DNA from: Campylobacterota bacterium
Lineage (GTDB): Bacteria > Campylobacterota > Campylobacteria > Campylobacterales > JAADDX01
Length of the DNA: 45,632 nt
NCBI GenBank assembly: GCA_013153685.1
Contig: JAADDX010000083.1
Location: 1-45,632 of the forward strand
Reading direction: 5' to 3'
Shown here: in pieces, positions 40,337 through 45,632 of the stretch
Numbering within the stretch: the stretch's first letter is position 1
How the letters are laid out: every line of letters starts with the position of its first letter
Program-made: the position numbers and the translations under genes
The notes under the pieces: generated by a model
Told to the model about the DNA's origin: nothing
Database searches by the model: none
Seen by the model: the letters and a program-made list of their open reading frames with translations, nothing else

Positions 40337-41052
40337 TTATCATCCCAGCAAGACTCGCTTCTAGTAGATTACCTAAAAAGGTGCTAGTGGAAATTGATGG
40401 TATACCTATGGTAATAAGGACTGCTTTGATAGCAAAGGATGTGGATGATGTAGTCATCGCTACTGATTCACAAGAAGTAATGCAAATAGCTAAAAAATAT
40501 TCAATAGACGCTGTCATGACTAGTCCTCATCACAAATCCGGAACTGATAGGATAAAACAAGCAAGCGATATCTTACAGCTCAAAGCCGACGATTTTATTA
40601 TCAACCTACAAGCGGATGAACCGTTTATTGAAGGGCAGATACTGCTAGATATTAAGCGTAGTTTGATGGAAATTAGACAAAGAGATTTTGTAATGGTAAG
40701 TTGTTATAAACTAATAGATGAATTAAGTGCAGAAGAAGCCAATCTCGTAAAAGTAATCCTCGATAAAAATAGCGATGCTATATATTTCTCACGCAGCAAA
40801 ATCCCTTATAATAGGGATAATAGTGTTCATCAATACAAAGGGCATATCGGAATTTACGGATTTGATAAAAGAAGCTTAGATATATTTTGTCAACTCACAG
40901 CACCAATTGAGGATATTGAGAAATTAGAACAATTGCGAGTCATTTACAACGGTTACAAGATCAAAATGATAGAAGTAAAGACCAATTCTTTTGGAATAGA
41001 TACGATTGAAGATCTAAATAAGGCACAAATATATGCAAGAAGTCGCAATTAG
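40333..41052 (+). CDS. kdsB: 3-deoxy-manno-octulosonate cytidylyltransferase
   Basis: IIPARLASSRLP.K, SGTDR, NLQADEP, YFSR..IPY, HIGIY, EKLEQLR, GIDT.EDL. Confidence 0.95.
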   Translation: MIIIPARLASSRLPKKVLVEIDGIPMVIRTALIAKDVDDVVIATDSQEVMQIAKKYSIDAVMTSPHHKSGTDRIKQASDILQLKADDFIINLQADEPFIEGQILLDIKRSLMEIRQRDFVMVSCYKLIDELSAEEANLVKVILDKNSDAIYFSRSKIPYNRDNSVHQYKGHIGIYGFDKRSLDIFCQLTAPIEDIEKLEQLRVIYNGYKIKMIEVKTNSFGIDTIEDLNKAQIYARSRN

Positions 41053-41929
41053 TATCGGAGATCCCAATGGTATAGGGATAGAAATAGCACTCAAAGCTCA
41101 TTCTATAATTACACAACTAGTAAAGCCTATCTATTGTATCAACGAACATATCCTCCAACAAGCCTCACATCTCCTAAATATCCCAATTCCTAGGGATTTT
41201 GAAATATACCCGACCAAAGGCACTCTTTGTATACAGCCTGGTAAAGTAGATAAGTTAGCTGGCCAGTATAGTTATGATTCGTTTATGGATGCTATTAATA
41301 TCGCTAAGACTACCAAAGCACTATGCACTTTGCCTATCAACAAAGAAAGCTGGGCTAAAGCAAATATCAAATACAAAGGGCATACGGAAGTGTTGCGAGA
41401 CGTATTTCAACAACACGCTATTATGATGCTTGGATGTGAGGAGTTGTATGTGGCCTTGTTTACCGAACATATTCCTATTAGTCAAGTTGCACAAAACATC
41501 AAACAAGAAAAATTAGTCAAATTTTTTCTTGACTTTTATCATGACAGCAAATTTGATAAAATCGGTGTGTTGGGACTCAATCCTCATGCCGGAGATTGTG
41601 GCGTAATAGGACAAGAGGAAATTACACAAATCATACCCGCTATTAATCAAGCCAATCAAATACTCAAACAAGATATTTTCTATGGACCATTGGTAGCAGA
41701 TGTGGCGTTTTTGTCCAATCGCGTATTAATTGCTATGTATCACGACCAAGGACTTGGTCCACTCAAAACACTATACTTTGATAAAAGTATCAACGTGAGT
41801 CTAAATCTACCTATTCTAAGAACATCTGTAGATCACGGCACAGCATTTGATATCGCCTACCAAAACAAAGCCAAAATCACAAGCTACATAGAAGCTATCA
41901 AGTTTATCGATAAAAATTTCAAAAAGTAA
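41033..41929 (+). CDS. pdxA: 4-hydroxythreonine-4-phosphate dehydrogenase
   Basis: GDPNGIG.EI, GHTE, GLNPHAGD, AMYHDQGL.PLK, RTSVDHGTAFDIA. Confidence 0.95.
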   Translation: MQEVAISIGDPNGIGIEIALKAHSIITQLVKPIYCINEHILQQASHLLNIPIPRDFEIYPTKGTLCIQPGKVDKLAGQYSYDSFMDAINIAKTTKALCTLPINKESWAKANIKYKGHTEVLRDVFQQHAIMMLGCEELYVALFTEHIPISQVAQNIKQEKLVKFFLDFYHDSKFDKIGVLGLNPHAGDCGVIGQEEITQIIPAINQANQILKQDIFYGPLVADVAFLSNRVLIAMYHDQGLGPLKTLYFDKSINVSLNLPILRTSVDHGTAFDIAYQNKAKITSYIEAIKFIDKNFKK

Positions 41930-41950
41930 TTTACAATTTATCAATATTAC

Positions 41951-41979
41951 TTGACTTATTTCAATTAAAATTGTAGAAT
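41951..41979 (+). promoter_or_regulatory. Sigma70-type promoter TTGACT-N17-TAGAAT for the rpsP operon
   Basis: -35 at 41951-41956, -10 at 41974-41979, 17-nt spacer. Confidence 0.65.
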
Positions 41980-42011
41980 TTCATACAAAAAAATAGATTA
42001 AAAGGATAAGA

Positions 42012-42239
42012 ATGACAACAATTAGATTAACAAGAATGGGTAGAAAAAAAAGACCTTTTTATAGAATAGTAGTAACAGACAGCAGAAAAAGAAGAGATAG
42101 CGGTTGGATCGAAAGTATTGGATATTACAATCCTATGACTGAGCCAGCAACGCTTAAAATCGATGAAGATAGATTAAATTATTGGTTAAGCGTTGGTGCA
42201 CAAATGAGTGCTAAAGTAAAAAAACTTGCAGGTAAGTAA
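42012..42239 (+). CDS. rpsP: 30S ribosomal protein S16
   Basis: [26 protein letters not shown]...GYYNP. Confidence 0.98.
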   Translation: MTTIRLTRMGRKKRPFYRIVVTDSRKRRDSGWIESIGYYNPMTEPATLKIDEDRLNYWLSVGAQMSAKVKKLAGK

Positions 42240-42478
42240 TGATAGAATTTGTTGAAAAGTATGCTAAATTATTAGCTTTTTATCCTAATGAAGTAAGTGT
42301 AAAAGTGGGTGAGAAGAAGGATGACTTCATAGAAATTCTCATCTACGCCAATAAAATAGATGCGGGACGTATCATAGGTAAAAACGGTAGCATGATAAAA
42401 GCTATCAAAACAGTATTGAGTGGTTGCAAAGCAAAAGAAAATATTTCATACAAAATATCAGTTCATACCAATGAATAA
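42239..42478 (+). CDS. khpA: KH-domain RNA-binding protein KhpA
   Basis: D.GRIIGKNG.MI.AI; canonical position between rpsP and rimM. Confidence 0.88.
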   Translation: MIEFVEKYAKLLAFYPNEVSVKVGEKKDDFIEILIYANKIDAGRIIGKNGSMIKAIKTVLSGCKAKENISYKISVHTNE

Positions 42479-42983
42479 AATCCCTATTATCAAAATCGGC
42501 AAAGCCCATGGTGTTAGAGGATGGAACAAGTTTCATCTCCTAACAGACTTTCCTCAACAACTCAAAGAGGGTCGCACATTCAAAAGCGATAAGATATCAC
42601 TCACTATCCAAAACATTGATCGCAAAAACAATCTTATTAAATTCCAAGGTTACGACACGCCAGAGATGGCCAAAAAACTCACCAATCGACATCTATACAC
42701 CACACAAGAAGAATCAAGAAAAAATATCAAGCTCAAGCCGGATGAGTGGTTTTGGTTCGATATTATCGGCTCAAAGGTTATCGAAAATGACCAAACCTTA
42801 GGAGAAGTAATCGACATTAATAGAATCAACGACATCGATTATGTCGTAGTACAAATAAATCCACAATTAGGATATAAACAAAAAAGATATCTATTTGATT
42901 TCAAACGACACATCGTAGATGTAGATACTGATAATCAAGTTATTATAGTTAAAGATACTCTACCTATCCTAGAAGCAAGCTAA
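42471..42983 (+). CDS. rimM: Ribosome maturation factor RimM
   Basis: IGKAHGVRG...TDFP, PEMAKKLTN, EWFWFDIIG. Start moved to ATG 42471. Confidence 0.92.
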   Translation: MNKIPIIKIGKAHGVRGWNKFHLLTDFPQQLKEGRTFKSDKISLTIQNIDRKNNLIKFQGYDTPEMAKKLTNRHLYTTQEESRKNIKLKPDEWFWFDIIGSKVIENDQTLGEVIDINRINDIDYVVVQINPQLGYKQKRYLFDFKRHIVDVDTDNQVIIVKDTLPILEAS

Positions 42984-43693
42984 TGAAATTTGTATTTGTC
43001 ACCCTATTTCCACATCTTATTCAACCGTATTTTGAAGATGGAATACTAAAAAGAGCTATTGATAAGCAGCTTTTTGATGTGGAGTTTGTAAATTTTAGGG
43101 ATTATAGCACTAACAAACACAAGAAAATAGACGCACCGGCAGTAGGCGGTGGGGCTGGGATGGTAATCGAAGTAGATGCATTACACACAGCCCTTACCCA
43201 TCTTAAAGACAAATACCCATCAAGCAAAATCATCTTTACTACCCCTCAAGCCAAAGTGTTTCACCAACAAGATGCCAAACGTCTCTCTCATGAGGAAGTA
43301 ATCGTGCTAGTAAGCGGGCGATACGAGGGTTTTGATGAACGATTAATTGAAGAATTTGCAGATGAAGTGCTGAGCATAGGGGATTTTATATTAAGTGGCG
43401 GCGAACTTGCGAGTATGGTCATAGCAGATAGCATAGCACGTAATATTCCAATGGTGCTTGGCAACCAACAAAGCCTAGAGACGGAAAGCTTTGAGGGTGA
43501 ATTGCTCGAAGCCCCTACCTTTACCAAAAAAACTTCAAAAACTCTTACACATAATCATATTATTTCAGAATTTTTTAAGGGAAATCATGGTATAATATCG
43601 TCTCTTAAAACTGAATTAGCAATTGCTAAAACAAAATATCATCGTCCTGATATTTTCAAAAAATACAAAACAAGGAAAAAGTATGAGAAATAG
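42983..43693 (+). CDS. trmD: tRNA (guanine-N1)-methyltransferase
   Basis: [44 protein letters not shown]. Confidence 0.96.
   Translation: MKFVFVTLFPHLIQPYFEDGILKRAIDKQLFDVEFVNFRDYSTNKHKKIDAPAVGGGAGMVIEVDALHTALTHLKDKYPSSKIIFTTPQAKVFHQQDAKRLSHEEVIVLVSGRYEGFDERLIEEFADEVLSIGDFILSGGELASMVIADSIARNIPMVLGNQQSLETESFEGELLEAPTFTKKTSKTLTHNHIISEFFKGNHGIISSLKTELAIAKTKYHRPDIFKKYKTRKKYEK
43574..43596 (+). promoter_or_regulatory. Internal promoter (TTTAAG...TGgTATAAT) inside the trmD 3' end, probably for rplS-rpsT
   Basis: TGGTATAAT at 43588-43596 preceded by TTTAAG, about 85 nt upstream of the rplS ATG. Confidence 0.5.
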
Positions 43694-44039
43694 ATACATT
43701 GAAGCTTTTGAAGCCTCTCAAATTGCAGACAAACAGTTACCGGAATTTAGAGCTGGAGATACAGTAAGAGTCGCTGTGGAAATCGCAGAAGGTGACAAAA
43801 AAAGAATCCAAAATTTTGAAGGTGTGTGTATCTCTATTAGAGGAGAAGGAACCGGTAAAACTTTTACAGTGAGAAAAATCGGTGCAAACAACATCGGTGT
43901 TGAGAGAATATTTCCACTTTACAGTGAATCAATCAAGGGTATTGAAGTAGTAAGAAGAGGAAAAGTAAGAAGAGCTAAGCTATATTACCTAAGAGGAAGA
44001 AAAGGTAAAGCAGCAAGAATCAAAGAACTTAGAAAATAA
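43683..44039 (+). CDS. rplS: 50S ribosomal protein L19
   Basis: [40 protein letters not shown]. Start moved to ATG 43683 after AAGGA. Confidence 0.98.
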   Translation: MRNRYIEAFEASQIADKQLPEFRAGDTVRVAVEIAEGDKKRIQNFEGVCISIRGEGTGKTFTVRKIGANNIGVERIFPLYSESIKGIEVVRRGKVRRAKLYYLRGRKGKAARIKELRK

Positions 44040-44061
44040 ATCTCAATAAAGGAAATATATA

Positions 44062-44331
44062 ATGGCTAATCATAAATCGGCTAAAAAAAGAATCAAACAA
44101 ACAATCAAAAGAACAGAAAGAAATAGATTTTACAGAACAAGAATCAAAAATATCACAAAAGCTGTAAAAGAAGCGGTAGAAGCTGGTGATTTACAAAAAG
44201 CTCAAGAAGCTTTTAAATTGGCAAATAAAAAATTACACTCTTATGTAAGTAAAGGTGTATTAAAGAAAAATACGGCAGCAAGAAAAGTAAGTAGATTAAA
44301 CAAACTTGTAAAAGGGTTGGCGACAGCTTAA
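44062..44331 (+). CDS. rpsT: 30S ribosomal protein S20
   Basis: [12 protein letters not shown]...[19 protein letters not shown]. Confidence 0.98.
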   Translation: MANHKSAKKRIKQTIKRTERNRFYRTRIKNITKAVKEAVEAGDLQKAQEAFKLANKKLHSYVSKGVLKKNTAARKVSRLNKLVKGLATA

Positions 44332-44348
44332 TCCTTTTGGGGTTTGAT

Positions 44349-44774
44349 ATGAACTTTTTATACAACAAAGACTACAGAACGCTCGTCAACAAACAATCAA
44401 AACAACAACTTTTGTATCTTATTAAGCATTCTATTGACTTTAGTGTGGTTGTCAATATGGATGAAGGTATTACGTTTTCACCTCAATTACCGGATGAAAT
44501 TATGTCTGGATTCAAAGATATCGTGATATTTGCAATTGCGGGATACACTCTAGGTAGTGCATTTGTGGAAAACGATATTTTGGTATTCGAAGCGGGATTT
44601 GGTAGAGATAATTTCGGCTCTATTGTCAAAGTGGATATTGATCGTATTATGCAAATACTTGTGCAAGATAATCCAATTTTTATCAACCTCACAGCAACTC
44701 TGCCTAAACAAACTTCCAAAGATAGCTTGGATGTATTCATCAAAAACCCAAAAAACAAGAAATTTTTCAAATAA
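44349..44774 (+). CDS. Conserved hypothetical protein (possible SspB-like fold)
   Basis: LP.EI...F...V.FAIAGYT..SA......L.FEAGFG..NFGS; start 44337 (TTG) or 44349 (ATG). Confidence 0.7.
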   Translation: MNFLYNKDYRTLVNKQSKQQLLYLIKHSIDFSVVVNMDEGITFSPQLPDEIMSGFKDIVIFAIAGYTLGSAFVENDILVFEAGFGRDNFGSIVKVDIDRIMQILVQDNPIFINLTATLPKQTSKDSLDVFIKNPKNKKFFK

Positions 44775-44800
44775 AACTCCCGAGTCTTACAAGCAATTTA

Positions 44801-44809
44801 TGTTATAAT
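44801..44809 (+). promoter_or_regulatory. Extended -10 (TGtTATAAT) for cysE
   Basis: Exact TGnTATAAT shortly upstream of the AAGGAG RBS. Confidence 0.5.
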
Positions 44810-44828
44810 TAGTGCTAAAGGAGTCGTG

Positions 44829-45518
44829 ATGTTTGATCTTATAAAAGAAGACTTTTTAGTGGTATATCAAAAAGACCCTGCAATTAAATCAAAAATAGAA
44901 TTGTTTTTTAATTATCCAGGGGTATGGGCGATATTTTGGTATCGTATTGCTAACAAATTATACAAAAACAACTTCAAAATCCTAGCAAGAAGCATTATGG
45001 GAATTACACAAATCTTTACAAACATTGATATTCACCCAGCAGCAACAATAGGTCGAAGAGTGTTTATTGATCATGGTGTAGGTGTAGTGATAGGGCAAAC
45101 GGCAATCGTTGGAGATGATGTGACTATCTACCAAGGAGTTACGCTAGGAGGTGTAAGCCTTCATGCTACCAAAAGACACCCCACTATCGAAAATAACGTC
45201 ACAATAGGAGCCGGTGCTAAAATTTTGGGAAATATTACCATCGGTGCCAAAAGTAAAATAGGAGCAAATTCAGTAGTGGTAAAAGATGTGCCACCTCATT
45301 CAACAGTAGTAGGCATACCCGGTAAAATCATCCATAGGAAAGATAACGAACCTCTTAGTCACAACAAATTACCGGATATCGATAAAGAATTGTTCGTATA
45401 TCTATTTGAACGCATCAAAACACTAGAAGATGCACTCAAACAGCACGATATAGACATCCAAACCAACCAAGAATTACGACAAAAATATGCCGAATACATC
45501 AATAGTATTAAGAAATAA
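44829..45518 (+). CDS. cysE: Serine O-acetyltransferase
   Basis: DPA, YPG, DIHPAA.IG..VFIDHG.GVVIG, GVTLGG, KRHPT, IGANSVV.KDVP. Confidence 0.96.
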   Translation: MFDLIKEDFLVVYQKDPAIKSKIELFFNYPGVWAIFWYRIANKLYKNNFKILARSIMGITQIFTNIDIHPAATIGRRVFIDHGVGVVIGQTAIVGDDVTIYQGVTLGGVSLHATKRHPTIENNVTIGAGAKILGNITIGAKSKIGANSVVVKDVPPHSTVVGIPGKIIHRKDNEPLSHNKLPDIDKELFVYLFERIKTLEDALKQHDIDIQTNQELRQKYAEYINSIKK

Positions 45519-45587
45519 ATATATTTTGGTTGATATATTTAACAAGCTTCAAAGTTTGATGGATTATACAGTTTAAAAGGATAGTAA

Positions 45588-45632
45588 ATGAAAAAAATAC
45601 CATACGGAATAAGCAATTATAAACTAATAAAA
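45588..45632 (+). CDS. Partial ORF; N-terminus resembles the AAA-ATPase-like family (often fused to a PD-(D/E)XK nuclease)
   Basis: AAAGGA RBS then MKKIPYGISNYKLIK, running off the window; only 15 codons visible. Confidence 0.6.
   Translation, partial: MKKIPYGISNYKLIK

Overview
AT-rich, gene-dense chromosomal segment. Gene families, the AHQWRQPL kinase H-box, TGnTATAAT promoters and remnant C. jejuni-like gene pairs point to a Campylobacterota (Epsilonproteobacteria) bacterium; the taxonomy is inferred. Most genes are housekeeping (icd, mltG, slyD, gmhB, yidC, nadC, ribF, frr, pyrE, pyrH, uppS, coaBC, folD, fbp, kdsB, pdxA, rpsP-khpA-rimM-trmD-rplS-rpsT, cysE), in heavily shuffled order. I found no rRNA, tRNA, CRISPR array or recognisable mobile element. 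The best candidate for an undescribed system is 17292-21793. It encodes a 599-aa exported protein built from 16 copies of a ~38-aa 'TPxDV + amphipathic helix + Pro-rich linker' unit in a nested 2 x 2 x 4 arrangement, overlapping a dCache-HAMP histidine kinase and a response regulator with no recognisable DNA-binding output. Also notable are a type E (SdhABE/MfrABE-like) succinate/fumarate oxidoreductase without a Tat signal, a K+ channel with a small membrane partner, a mini flagellar-rod-like protein, and a promoter embedded in the 3' end of trmD. Several ORF-track starts were corrected, and two partial genes absent from the track were added (icd, and a probable AAA-ATPase-like gene at the right edge). 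All family calls come from motif recognition; no searches were run.
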